Shown here in pieces: positions 38,943 to 52,635 of a DNA stretch of 64,000 nt (positions within the stretch are counted from its first letter, which is position 1; each line of letters begins with the position of its first letter). The position numbers and the translations under genes are program-made. Source of the DNA: Fimbriosthenelais zetlandica (lineage: Eukaryota); contig OZ365118.1 in the NCBI GenBank assembly GCA_977030845.1, positions 20,522,001 through 20,586,000 on the forward strand, in the 5' to 3' direction. The notes below the pieces were generated by a model. That model searched no databases. It saw only the letters and a program-made list of their open reading frames with translations, and was not told where the DNA came from.

Positions 38943-41900
38943 AAAGATCTTGGCGAGACTTCAACCGACAATATGAAACGCCAGTCGAGGTCTCTGAGAG
39001 TTGCCACTCCTGACAAATTACAAAATCAATCTATCCTGTCAAAGGGTCCGATTCAATACTGCCAAGCTGTTTGGGACCCAAACAGACTTTGACAACAGGT
39101 CCTTCGGGAGAATTTAATCGAAATATATTTCCTCTGCCGAGTGGGCCAGCTCCTCCAATCGAAGTTGGCGTGAGGCAGACGAGATTCGACCAAGCTCTCA
39201 CGGCGCCAAAACCCAGCCGGCAAACGCCTTTCAAATGCTGGTTTGCGTTACTGTCGGAGGGCAGATATTTGATGGCGGGGAAATGACAGGTCATATGCCC
39301 TGTCGTGGGAAGGATCACTGGGGTTATGCTAGAGGCCATGCTCCTCTCGCTCCAAAGATGAAAAACAACAACTCGGCTGCTTCTTGTGACGCAGTCCAGG
39401 TGGCGCAGTGATCGCTCTCACTAAATGTCAAAAGCGGATACGGAAATCAAAGATGGAAGAGGGTTTCCAGACGAAGGAGTGGAAGGTGTGTGGGCAAGAC
39501 TGTGCTTAAAGGACATATGATTAATGATTATTGGAATAAACAACAAGCTGCAGAGAAGGGCATGGAAGATGTGGAAGGGCTTTATGACGTACACACGCTA
39601 GGCCTTCAATATTCCCAATCAATCTAGTGGTGAAGAAGAGGCCAAGAGGCCCAAGTGCATAGACAAGTCTCTCTTTTCAACTCTTTCAATTTTTGTCAAT
39701 ATAAAATGACTAAAAAACATGTGTTGATGTAGGCTTTCTAAGATAGCACAACATTCGGATTGATAAGGGGATTATTTCTGCTTGTAGCGGATTTCTTTTA
39801 TGGCAGCAAGTGTCACACTCATGAATAATGAAAGGTAAGCATATTATGTGTAGGTTATGTCGGCAATGCCAGTGCCTACTCATCCCTCATTGCTGTTCAT
39901 CCCATTTGGAGAACTTTCCCGTGGCGGAGGTCGATTATGGAAAGTGAAAAGGACTGTGGTGAATTTTCGTCTGCTGAAGATCCCTGCCTGCCCCGGCATG
40001 TTACTTTTAGCAGACAGAAGTCGAGTGACAAGCATACGTATGGATGTAGAGGCCATAGTGGGGCTTTCTGGCTGCTGACTTTTTAATCCTCCACCTTTTA
40101 AGAATGTGCTTGCCACTGCCACTGAGCTGTATGACGCATGGTTTGTCAAAAGTGCGGGGCCCTCCAACGCGCCATTCGCGAGGCCGCGCACACCATCATC
40201 CGGGCAATCAATAAACGCTACAACAGTCGCGGCTAAACGGAAATAATGAAAAGTCAGAGACAATTTCTCCCTGCCTTGATTTATTTGCCTAATTACAAAA
40301 GGAGGTAGGACTCTATATGAAGGGAGTCTCTACCGCGGACTACTTTATGTCAGCAACAAATCACGCCGCGCGTGACGCGGATTGCCCAGTGGGACTCTAT
40401 AAATCCGTGGAGGGGCATTAGTGTGGAGTTGGTCAGTGAAGGGGCTGGGCCCTGTCATATTCTATCTGAGACAGACGCCGTCGCTATGACACGGGTACAT
40501 TCCGATACTTCTAGCCAGTTCAAGGGAGGCACTAAATAATTGTCTCCCGCCTCGCTCAGTGCTTCTATATGCTGGCTAAAGGAAGGGCCTGCTGCGCCTG
40601 CGCACAAGGTGGCTTCCAGGTTGAGAAGTGGCAAGCTTTCCCACCGTGAGCTTCAATGGAAAGATGTAAGCCAATTAATTAAACAGCACTGCGGCCCGCA
40701 TGCCGGAGAAAGGCGACTTACGTATCGTCTTAGCGGGAGGGGTTCTGGGGAAGCGCTGGCCAAGGCTGGCTTAGACAGATTTGGAGCTGCATTACCCATG
40801 GTTTCTCTCTGAGTGTGAGTGAGATGGGCAGGAAGTATGATGCTCAAGATCCATGATCAGCAAAAGGCCATTCACTTGTACCCATATTCATCATCTTCCT
40901 TTAAACCCAACTATTTGGGAGCCATAATGCTTAGAATAATGCCTGAAGCCAGGTGTAAGTAGTATGATACATCGGGGGTAATTATCAGGCACAGCAGGTT
41001 CATTGTAAGGCATTGTTTCATACTTTTATTCATTTTATTAAAATGGGAGAAGAAGCTTCCTTGTGCAGGTGTTCTAGATGGGATATGAATGACAGGTATT
41101 TCTACATCTAAAGACATTGCAGACATAGTAAGAGCCTAATATATACCTTCTATTTCAAGATACATGTACATGTTCACAGTCCCGACTCTCCAGTTAGTCC
41201 GTACTTTACAGCCAATTAGGCCCGCAGCCCACCAGCCCAATACCTCTGTACTTGAATACATGTACATATATATCTCCCTCTGCCACTACAGAAATACCCA
41301 GGAAACAGGGAGGGGAATAGGTAAGCAGCTAGCCCAGCCGCCAATCCTCCTATCGGACTGAGGAATGGTTCAATTTCCTGCGCCTCCGCACCATTTCTAT
41401 GTGTATTTGTGTAGTCAGCGCATTTAGCTCCCGCATTCCGACTTCTTTACGGGGCCAATATCCTGAGAGGGCTGCAAAGCTGCGGGGTCCGATTCCACAG
41501 TCGGACCCTCCATTAATTAGGTTAATGAGGATGGGTCTGGACAGTTATAGCTCTGATTCGCCACTTCTTTATGGACTCTCAATTCAGGCCCCTTTTTCAA
41601 TGATCAGGCCACGGGAAACAATTGCTTGGGTTTCTGAATGGCAAGATTTGGGAAAGGTCGATGAGAAAGTCTCAATATATTTCTTGAAACAATACTTTTA
41701 ATCAGTGTTATTAGCATAGATTAGATCTCCAATTATTAGGTCATCAACCAGCAAACATTTGTAAGTCATCTTACATAAAAGATAGACGTTAGAACTGCCA
41801 CTAAGCAGGTGTCACCTCGAAAACACTGCCACTCATTGCCTTGGCCTGACCACTGCCTCTGACAGTGACAGCTATTTCTCTTTATCAGCTTTCTCCCTGT

Positions 41901-44900
41901 CACTTGACTAAGTGAACTATGAACCTCTATAGAGGCAAATGGCCAGTCTTCAGCTTTTATAGCAGGCACACAAAATAGCGCCAGATCTTTCTTCCGGTCT
42001 GACAATAGCTTGGATCCCAACGAGTTTCAATCAGTTTACCAAATAACTCTGCCATTTCATAGTATATTCATCTTGACCGTTCAATTTGGTCTAACAATTG
42101 CAAGGAGAATCAATAGAAATTGAAAGTTTCCATTTGAGCATTTCAAACCTGGTTTGTTTATGCGGGTTTGATATGTATTGTCAGTCATGAAAATATAAAG
42201 TAAAGTAGTAATGGTTTTGTGAAGTCCTTCATCAATGAATACATAGCCTACATGGCCTTGTTTTACCAGGTTCCGCCCTGACATTGTCAAGGCGGGCAGG
42301 GACAGGGTAAAGACCCTCTTACCCTATACAGGCCCTCTGGTGCTACACGGCCAATTATCTTTGGATCAAGAGTGAATGGAAATACTTGGCCAGAACTCAG
42401 CCCCTGTCAATCACCACCCCAACACCATGTAAAGCCCATCCTGCTCCCTATCATTACACGAGCCAGATCCACGAGGTGGGGGTCAGGGTGAGGGGTGGGG
42501 GAACAAAAACAGTTAACCTATCAGTCTAGAGAGTGGGGAGACTGAGGGAGCTCCAGCCCAACAAGATTTTTTGTCCAAAAGCGAACAAAGATTCGAGTGG
42601 GAGGTGGTTTGTCAGTCACAATTTTTCACCTTTTTTTTCGGGGGGTGGGTCGGGGGGGGCCCTTGGGCCAAACCTGGATGGACCCCTGCCTATACTCCAC
42701 AGTGATCATAAGAAGACCTGGGAACTCTGGCCTGGTGGCAGACACAAGCCCTCCCTGACCTGCCAAGGTCAAGCTGGTGAATGTGAAGGTCGTTGGGAGC
42801 GCCCTCTGTCCTCAGTGAGGAGAGACTGTCCATGTGTGGTGGGGGACGGGTGGTGGTGGAGGTGGTGGCTACATACACTCACCTCCAGACATGACCCTGC
42901 ACAATGTCACGTGGTCTACTGACAGCCCACGTGATGCAGCTTCTCTTTTCTCATTGGTTACAGCGGATCTCAGGTATACTGGCCAACACCATCTAAATGA
43001 GTGAGTGGCTCAAATGGCCCTTGTGACCCAAAATCAGTAGGCCTCAGTAATTTTCATCTGCCATTCGAAAGGAACAAATAGGAAACATGCTATTGGCATA
43101 TGATAGCCCTTGCAAAATGTGGTGTTCTTGCTGTACCGATTAATACCCGATATATATTGGATTTGTTGAGAAATCATTTGCTGTACGAACTGCTCAGAGC
43201 CTTAAAATGGAAGTACTCACCAAGAAATGACGGCACATACATGTATACATTTACAAGCCTGGAGATAATCCAGACTAGGGAGAAGTAGGCTGGAATAAGA
43301 GGCAATTCCATGGTTGATACCGGGAGCTGTAATCTGGCAGTGTGAGGGGATAATAGATGACAATGGGCGGGGGGTGAGAAGGTCAACCTTAACACCCAAT
43401 AAAATAACATCATCCCTCCCCACCCTCCATTACACCCAAACCCTCTAAACTCCATCCACTCATAACTTCCAATTGTTAATCCATCTAAATATTTACACCA
43501 TTTTTCCCCGCTTGATTTTCCCTGTCGTTATGACCATAGCTTTCACTGCCCCCTTTTCTACATTGTCTCGGGTCATGGGACAAAGCTTTGCGACCGGCCC
43601 GATCCTTTCTGCGCATGCTCAGGCCCGTCGTCATGCCCTTGGATCAGTAACAAAGGAAGAGGGCCTGCATTAGGCACCAGTGCAGTTGGACAACTACAAA
43701 TAACTCAGCTTCCCTATTACATTACACACATGAAAGGCAAACGTGATAATGGTCGGTCGGCTCGCAGCTCCGATTGCCTTGCTTAAGTGGGGCCATTTCT
43801 CATGCTTAGAGGGCCCGGTGTTGAATACATGAGGTTAAATGCTTATTTCGCCCCCGGACCATTTAAAGGCAATGCCAGAGCACAATTGCAGGCGGCCTGG
43901 TGAGCTATTGGGTCTTATTTACTCCGCAACAGTGGTTATTCCTGCTGCTTCTGGAAAGTGTTATGGACCGGGCAGACTTTTCCCTCTCCTGGGTCCCGAC
44001 TGGGGTTAAGTCAGGCCCCAACCAGACGCGATCGACACAGCACGATCTGCAAAGCGTACAGGGACTGCACTTCAACATCGGATCAAGTCAACTCAATGAA
44101 GACAAATTCCCAATAATATCACACTTAGAAATCAACTTAAAACATGGCAGTAAACAATCACATACAAAAATAGGTTTTTTTAAAGAGTATCGACATGGTA
44201 TTGTTGAGTAGGGGCCTGACTTAAGAACACACCCCTCCCCTCCCCCTCCCCATTATTCAACCACTTTACCCCCCACCCTAGAAAGACCAGAAAGCCAATC
44301 TCGCAGCCAGCAGCAGGCCTGTAGGCAATTGCTAAACGGAAGGAAGTCCCAACACTAGCGATGCTTTCCCTCCTGTTCTTATTGTCTGAACGATTTCACG
44401 AGAACACTGGAAAATTTCTCCGCCACTGGTCAAGCAATAAATCTCACTCATGCTTTTAGCAGTTCACAGCGAGTACCACACAAGTATATGTACATAAACA
44501 CTGCAGACCTATACACATAAACCATAGAGTAGAGCAATATATAATCACAGGCAGAAAATCTTCAATCTAATCTTATTGTGAGAGAGATTGATAAAGGTGA
44601 TGGGTACTTAACCACTAAAGCTTAATGATTAAATTAATGAAAGAGAATGAAATCTAGGCCTACCTGAGCTTCTTTGAAGAACCCGAACCTACAAGAAATA
44701 TGATGACATTTAGATGGCGTCTTTCAAAATATTATCTTTGACTTTTGAAGGCATACAATCATCAAGAATTGTTATGGACCTCTGTAGGTGTCTAATTTCA
44801 AGGCTATTTCATGCCTGCAACTAACGTCATTTCTCATACTACTCAGTTCAGTCTGAGCATATATACATGTAGCAGCTAAGGTTTAAATGCTAACCGATTT

Positions 44901-45467
44901 GTCCTTGCATATGTTTCAAGAACATAGATTTATATTTTGAGGCATATTTGCTTTATCAAAAGCAACATTTAATACGTATAAAACACTTCGGAGCACAAAG
45001 GAACTCTGTTTATTATGGAATATGTTATGTATGCGCACAATAGTAAGTTCTTAGAGAAATATTGTCGGGAGTGTCAAGCCCCTTCGGGAGGATGCATATT
45101 TGGCATTGATTATTTTTCGGAGGAAAACTATAGAGGCTTGAATTAAGGGTATTTAGTGTAGAATGGTGGGGTGGTATTAATGGTAGGATGGCACAGTGGG
45201 GAGTGATTATAGAGATTATCACCCGTGGATTAGATTAAATAAAACTAAATCTGAGGGACGCTATGTGGTAGGAATTATAGGCAATCTGAAGGCGACCTGT
45301 AACTGAGGGATTAATGATCATATAGGAGGGAGGAGAGGGTGAGGTGTACGCCACTTAATACCGCCATGACTGACGTTTATAAAGACCGCCAATTTACCAG
45401 ATCTTATATAGGTATGGTTTATGTTAATGTGCGGGTGAGTGCAGAGAGGGTGAGGGTGGGGATTTGG

Positions 45468-45520
45468 AAGGGGTGGGGCAGGGGGAAGGGGTGGGGCAGG
45501 GGGAAGGGGTGGGGCAGGGG
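45468..45520 (+). repeat. Three tandem copies of AAGGGGTGGGGCAGGGGG (18 bp); G-quadruplex-forming motif
   Basis: Units at 45468, 45486 and 45504 (last lacks one G); nine runs of >=4 G separated by 1-2 nt loops. Confidence 0.9.
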
Positions 45521-47897
45521 CGAAGAGGATGGCGATTGAGAACGGGGTGAAGGGGAAGGAGTTTGGGAGTGAGATTTCTCTTTTATAACATGAAAGAGAC
45601 ATAAGGGACAGAATAATGACTCAATTTATAAGAATTCATCATAATATTGAACGCATCTGAGTTATTTTCTATAATTTTGGTTCCATAAAGCTGTTAAGAA
45701 CCACTGAATTAATATTAATCATAAGGAGCTAAAACCTATCTATCATTTTCATTTTAAAGTCATTTATATATGGAGTGGGTTTGTGGGGTCATTATGTGTT
45801 TCAGTGAAGCACCACGAGGGGTCGTGAGAGGGCTGGGTGAGACAAGTATGGCCACATGGCGAGACATTAAAATCTCTCTTGTCTATTGGGAGAAAGTGTC
45901 AGGGGTAGAGTTACATGTCTCCATCATAGCTGATTATGTTTCACAAAGAGAGATACAAGTTATCATTGAGTGGTTAGAATGAGGGAATGGGTCATATGAA
46001 TGGTAGATGTGAGGACAATATAGGGAAGATGGATGGAGGTTATTCATGGTGGAATTCTGTCATTTTTTGGTGCTTCATGTCTGAGAATGAAACAGTAAAA
46101 TTCATACCAATCTATGAAGAATTTCACTTCTTGATTATTTGAAAGTTCAATTGAACTGAACTTCTTTATGTTCCAATTCAAAAAGTAATGAAATTCCTCG
46201 GCATATCTGAATCAATATGTACTCTAATTTCAAGAAGATAAGAAGCCCCTTAATCCCCGCTCGCATCTTCCTGTTTTATGTAACCACCAAACGGTTTTCT
46301 GGTTTTTCCTGCAACTTATTATGCAACGACAGGCAGGGCCGCCTAATGACCGGGTGTAACCAATCAAATTCCCATTACAATTAAACTAATCAGTTAAGTC
46401 TTCCCACGCCCCGAGCGCCCGCCGCCAAACACATATTGACATAATGGAAAACCAAGTTGAAGTCAGGAGTTGGGGGTTTGAGGGATTATGGCGCACTCAG
46501 ATCAAATATCAAAATGAGAGGTCATTTGCAATTTACCCGGCAAAGGCATTTATCTCTGACTGCGCGCAGGAATTTGCTTTGTCTTATGTAACGGTGGGTA
46601 GGTCGGGGCTGGAGGGATTTGCATCTCTAGGGGAGGTCTGGTGGTAGTTAGCAAGAGGAAAAATATTTCACCGACTGGGGCAAGGTTTGCTCAAGAGATC
46701 AACTTGTGAATCCATTATAATGTGGTGGTCTGGGCGGTGCATAACAAGATGCCCAGTACATTAGTACGACTAGAGATTGACTCTTTTCATGAAACAGTCC
46801 ACAAGTCAACCATTTAACATCATCAGTCTTCCTAATTCATGAAATATAATCTAACAAATTATTGTGAAAGAGCACCCAGGTATTGACGTACTACGTTTCT
46901 ACTTTACTCACGTTCTCTCACAGAGTAAACTCCGGTTCATTGAGTACTCTGTAGCCCGGGGTAAGGTGAGGAGAGGTGAGGGGGTGGGGATGTTTGACCC
47001 CGATGACCACTGACTTATCAACTCTACTGATAACTAAATGTGCACATCTATTACACTGGTGAGAAACTAATTTGTTTACCGTCAAATCGTATGTTTGACC
47101 TTAGACTCAAATGCATTTTGACCATCAATCAAGTTCCTTAGATAAATGGTCACAAAAGTCACCTGATTCAGTATTATGTCTAGGATCGAAGTATACGATA
47201 TAAACAGTTTTGGTGGCAAGAACAAGGGCAAGAACAACAAAAATACCAAGAAAATTGAGTTAAAAAATGAAGACTTTTTTTTACAGTGTGTTGAATGACA
47301 AGGGTAGAAAGACAGGATGAACCCGACACCCTCGCCCTCCACGGCGGACCCTCTCATCAGCTCCCTCCTACCCTTCCCGGCATGCCTTTGATGGAGCCGA
47401 TGACGTCACGAGAAGGCAGTCATTAAGGCCAGTGACAGATTAATATGTCAATTAGTGAGATAAATACAAGAAATGGTGAGGAGAGAGACGATAGTGGGGA
47501 GAGGCGGGGAGGAGGGGGGGGGGGGGAGAGGCGGGGACTGTCATGGGACAGTGCATGAGGGACGGGGCAGGGCTCCTGTTTCTGGACAACAGACATGACA
47601 ACTTGTCCCCTTAAATCTTTTAATTATAAAGTCAAATATTTTCATGAATATTTTCTTGGTTTACATAAACAAAATCTAGTCTGTTGTGTCGGTATGGCCT
47701 TATTAAATAACACTTGTCATAGCTAACTGGTGACAAATATATCACACTCTTAAGCCAGTCAAATTTTATACCAGAGAAGTAAAATTTGAAATCACATAAA
47801 ATGATCACATGAAAACTGAATCCTGTCATTTTGGAGGAGTGACAAAGACACAGTGGATGTCACAGTGATGTCTTTGTGAGTATATAGGAACTTTATC

Positions 47898-47941
47898 ACA
47901 GGGAGAGACAGGGTGGAGACAGGGTGGAGACAGGGGTAGAC
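47898..47941. repeat. Short minisatellite, ~4 x ACAGGGTGGAG (10-11 bp)
   Basis: Two exact and two degenerate units read directly. Confidence 0.8.
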
Positions 47942-50130
47942 ATATGGTGAGTACTGGTCAGTGAAAACATAATCCAGTGGTGGTCATTAATCTCACATCT
48001 CAATCACACACCTCCCACCATGGCTTCATTTATTACGCCTTACTACCAGTAATACACTCAACCCATTTGGTTTCACCACTACCAATAGTACTAAGTTTTT
48101 TGACCAATCGGTAGAAAATGGTTCCAGTGTGTTCCTTGCTATAACATCCAAACACACTACTTTCATTTAAATATAATACAAAAGACGTTTATAATTAGAT
48201 TATATTTTACGACTTATAAAGGATTGTAGACCCATAACTCTCCTTCCAGTCGTCTATATGATTAAATGCTGTTGGGGCTCTCACTGACAGTCCTATATTC
48301 CCCAAACATGTGTTAAACACATTGGCAAAGCTAGAGAACGAGAGAGAGAAGGGGTTTCAAAGGGAGGAAAGCAGAAAATAAAATTCCACTCGCCAACCCC
48401 AGCTCGACCGTGCCACCACTCCGACTAATGCCACTTTTCGTGAGGTGCCATTTATTCCTGAGCAACTGGTTTCATTAAAATTTGAAACTCTATCTGACCG
48501 GGCATGTGTTCTTATTAAGGGGGGAGAAGTCTAATTTTACAATTGATTGCCGCATCAGATTGAAAGAAAACAGGCAGTGTGAAAATGAAGAGGATATGAG
48601 GAGTGGAGCAGGGGTGAGGGATATTGTCAGAAGGCAGGCCTGACATTATGATTAATGACCATCTTATGAAATTTGTTTTCTCTCCGCGCCACTTGGAAAT
48701 GGAGATCTTCAGTAGGCGCTAACCAGAAACAAGCCTCGTCTCAACCCCCTCCTCCTCCTCCCTCTCCCTCTCCCCTCCTCCTCCCTCTCCCCTCATACCC
48801 GCCTTCTCTGACGTCTGTTTCCTTGCTTACATGTGGAAATAAGAAGTATCAACTGTTGCCATATCTCACAGCAAATCAAAACGTCCCATTGAATCACGTC
48901 CTCTCGCCAGTTCTATTTGAGGCGAGAAATTGTCGTCTGCTTCGATAAAAAGACGCCAGAACGAGTGTTCTAGGTTTTACCGTGAGATAAAGAAATTACA
49001 GAGGACAAATTGATTCCCTGATAAATATATATGAAGGAAATAAGGAAGAACGACTTAATTTAAAAAATGAAAGTTCAGAAAAGAAGAGTTAAAAGCGTTG
49101 GTCGACCACACATTGATTCGTCTGGTGAATTGAAAGGCTCGCGTATATTTCTTTTTCAACGCTTCGGATCAAATAGAAATGGCTTAAGCTGACTCAATTC
49201 CACCATCAAACCCCAAAAGAAATCAAAGAAAATAATGCCACAACAATGTCCTTTGATGGGTCCTACTTTTGCGGGTGTTTATTTTCATTTAGGGCGTCGA
49301 GTGAGAGAATTGGGAGAGAAAATACAAAGTCTTCAGCGCTCTTTCACAGACGAATTGAGGCGACAGAAGTGAAGAAATAAACAGTATTTGTAGACATGGG
49401 TATTGAAGGGGGGCTAGTTCACATTTCAAGATTAGAACATGAGAGAAGTTGGAATGAAAGGGAGAGGGGGACCACACGAGCAGACGGTTTTAGGCCGGCC
49501 AGGCAGGGGGGCAGGAAGGGCGCGCGCCACACAGCAAGAAACTGATAGATAAAGTTGAGTTTCCACGGGAACCATCCTGTTACATGGTAATGGATGCCTC
49601 TCATGGTTTATAAATGTATAATTCATGTATTTACGCTTTATCTGTGGCGATCATTTAATGGGTTCCGCAGGGGGAGGGAGATATAGGGCCACCCCCTCCC
49701 TTACTTAACTCATGAATTCATAGTTAAACTGTGGACAGGCCCGGGGGTTCGTCTTTTTGATGAGGAGATCTTAGTGAGAAAAGGAGAGGTGGAGGTATTA
49801 AGGGAGGTGAGAGGGAAGTAGGGACTTCTGAGAGTGGGAAAGAAATGTTTCTTGTACCTCCGGGTGGTCTGCTCTCACAGTCTGCTAGCATGACAAAGGT
49901 GTGAGATCACCCAACTTATCTCTTCTTTTATATTTGTTTTTTCATTTCTCCTTTAGATGATGTTGTATGGAAGTAATATGAAGCACCGATGGAGATATAA
50001 AGCAATGGGAATTGTCATTTATTTTAAATAAATATCAATTTAATTAAATATGGTAATGTGGGAGGTTTTGGAAAGTATCAATAATCCCTTAAAAGGAAGT
50101 ATGCTTCTCCTCCATTCAAAGTGAGAGGCA

Positions 50131-50210
50131 ATTAGTTTAAATTGAGGGAAATCAGTTAGAATTGGTGAAAGTCAGTTTAAATTAGTGAGAGTCAGTTTAA
50201 ATTAAGAGAT
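50131..50210. repeat. Four degenerate 20-bp tandem units (consensus ~GTCAGTTTAAATTAGTGAGA)
   Basis: Units start at 50131, 50151, 50171 and 50191. Confidence 0.8.
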
Positions 50211-52635
50211 AACGCTGGTTACACATCGATCTGTCTGACAGAGTAACAGTCATGCAGTCTGGCAATTAATGATTAGACGAAGACATCGTGTAGATAAACG
50301 CACGGAGTGCAAAACCATTATAAGAACACAGTCTATACTGTAATGACAGTTATAGGTGGAGACCGTTAGAGGGTGTGTGACCACCACACACGTGTATTGT
50401 GATAAGAGGACATATGGGTGGTCAGCCACACCTTCACCCTCCTCTGACCAATTTGTCTCACTATTTTGTCCACACTCTTCGGCTTAGCCTATAATATAAC
50501 CTCTCCCTTTATAACATTCTCCCTCTTTTCCAGAATTCTTTCCACTCTCCAACCTGTCCCCCTCCTCTCCACCCTTTTCCCCAAACACACTCTGTTTCCC
50601 CCAGTCTCCCCCTTTCTAAACTTCTCTTCCCCATCCATTCCCTGTTCCCCTACTCTCCCTCTTCCCTCTCCCCGTCGCCACACCTGACCCAGTAGGTCAG
50701 TAATTAATGACGACTCACGGTCTGTAGATATCCTATAGGAATGAGAGTTGTGATAAACACAGCCAAATAATAACAATGTAGCCAGACTGTAAACCAGCGT
50801 GAAATGCAAAAGGAACGAGCAGAATAATTAATGTTCTCTTCCAATGGATGAATTATTGTCCCTGTTCTATTCACCTCCATAGACTTGCCTCAGTCCTATT
50901 TTATTTTTCTTTCTCCAAATATTCAAACCCAACTCCTTTCATCTCCCTAGGGACATGGGGGACACACCAGGGGTATATGGGATTATCCCCTGAAAAAATA
51001 TGGAAATACGATCCCTGAACTAAGGGCTTAAGTAACTAAAAGTCACCCAAGGTATTTATATGGCCTTCCTTGAATAAACATTGTAAATTTAGTAGGAAAC
51101 AGTAAGGTTAATATATTTGAATCTGACTTGTACTTTCCTGTGACACAACACAGGAAATATGCAATTAATTAACGCAGTACATGTAATTGCATTATCTTAT
51201 GTCCTTTCCTCCTAAACCACCACTTTTACCGGTCAACCCTACTTTAATCTTTTCCCTAACATTCAAATGGAAGATGTGTATTGAATAATTCCCTCCATAT
51301 CTAAATCTCTAACTGCCATCTTTGAAGCTAGCTTAAAGTTGGGGGGTGGGGGGGGGGGGGGGGGGTAAATACCATCAGTTAAAGCATCCATCTGTTATCT
51401 CACCGTTTAGGGGGTATATGGGGGGCTGCACCACATCTAAACGTATATGGAGAAAGCTCAGAACAATTAAGGAATGTGTAATTGGAGACAAATGTAGGCG
51501 AGGTAAGGTGCCTTTGATACGAGCGTTCGTACTTAAAAACGACACGGAGCTTGTATGAGTGTGTGTTCTGCTCAATATCTTAAACTGGCTGTGGACGTGC
51601 GGATTGGCGCCCATTCACCTCCGGCATTTACACTTCTTTTGTTCATTCCCCAGTTGTGTGATTGTACCTATGTACTTACAAATTACTACAAGCTGAAGGA
51701 TTGTGGCGTTTTTGTGGAGTTGTTGGTCACATTAGTACATTTTGTATCAACATTGTATCTAGTTTTATTGGAACTATTAGTGTTATTTAGGATAATTGAC
51801 GTAAGATTCCAAGTCAATTTGCCTTTAGAGTAACTTTTCATCTTTACATTGGGCTATATTGTGTCCATGTCAATTAGCTTTTGGAACAAAGTTCCAACTT
51901 TATATTTGACTAAACTCTTGTGTCATTTATGTCGTATGTTACATGGGAAAGCGCCATGTAAATCTTGTATCTCATCAACAAATTTGAACATATTAGATGG
52001 ACAGGTGGTCTATTACTTCAGGCCTTCACATAATGGATTAATGTTCATTTGGAAAATTAGAAAATTATACATAAATCATTGATTCACATACGAATAAATA
52101 CACGTTAGTATTATAATTATACTTAAATTGTGATTGATTGTAATATTATGCATGTATACACATATATTGGGGTCATGAACTAGTTTCTTAATGATTACTA
52201 AAACTAGATGACACTGTCATCCAAACATAATTAATTACTATACCGATATTCTAACGATAAACATTTCACATTTCCAGCGCCCCTAAATATGCCTGCGGCC
52301 ATTGAAGTAACTATACATGTATAGAGACCCATGTATGATTTACACCTCTCAATGTCCCTCCACAGATTTATCATCACCCAAGACTCCATAAACTTTCCTT
52401 CACAGCGCACAGCCTTCTTTTCCTTCCTTAATTTGGAATTCTGACCGAAAAGTCATAATTTTCCCATTTTGTGCAGAGGTAGGGGAGTAGTGGTGACACC
52501 TCGGGCGATTAGTTACACTTATCAATGGAGCCCAGATGCCAGGTCTGTATGACGAGGGGCGGCTAGGCTTGCTCTTTTCACTGCCAGCTATGGTTGTAGT
52601 GGTTTGGGGGGCGGCAGTCCATACTCACTTCACTA

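Noticed and set aside
50955-51010. GGGG...CCCCTGAAAAAATATGGAAAT, resembling interiors of common invertebrate DNA-transposon relics (similar hint at 23030-23066)
   Set aside because: Too short and degenerate, with no termini; cannot be supported without a repeat library search.
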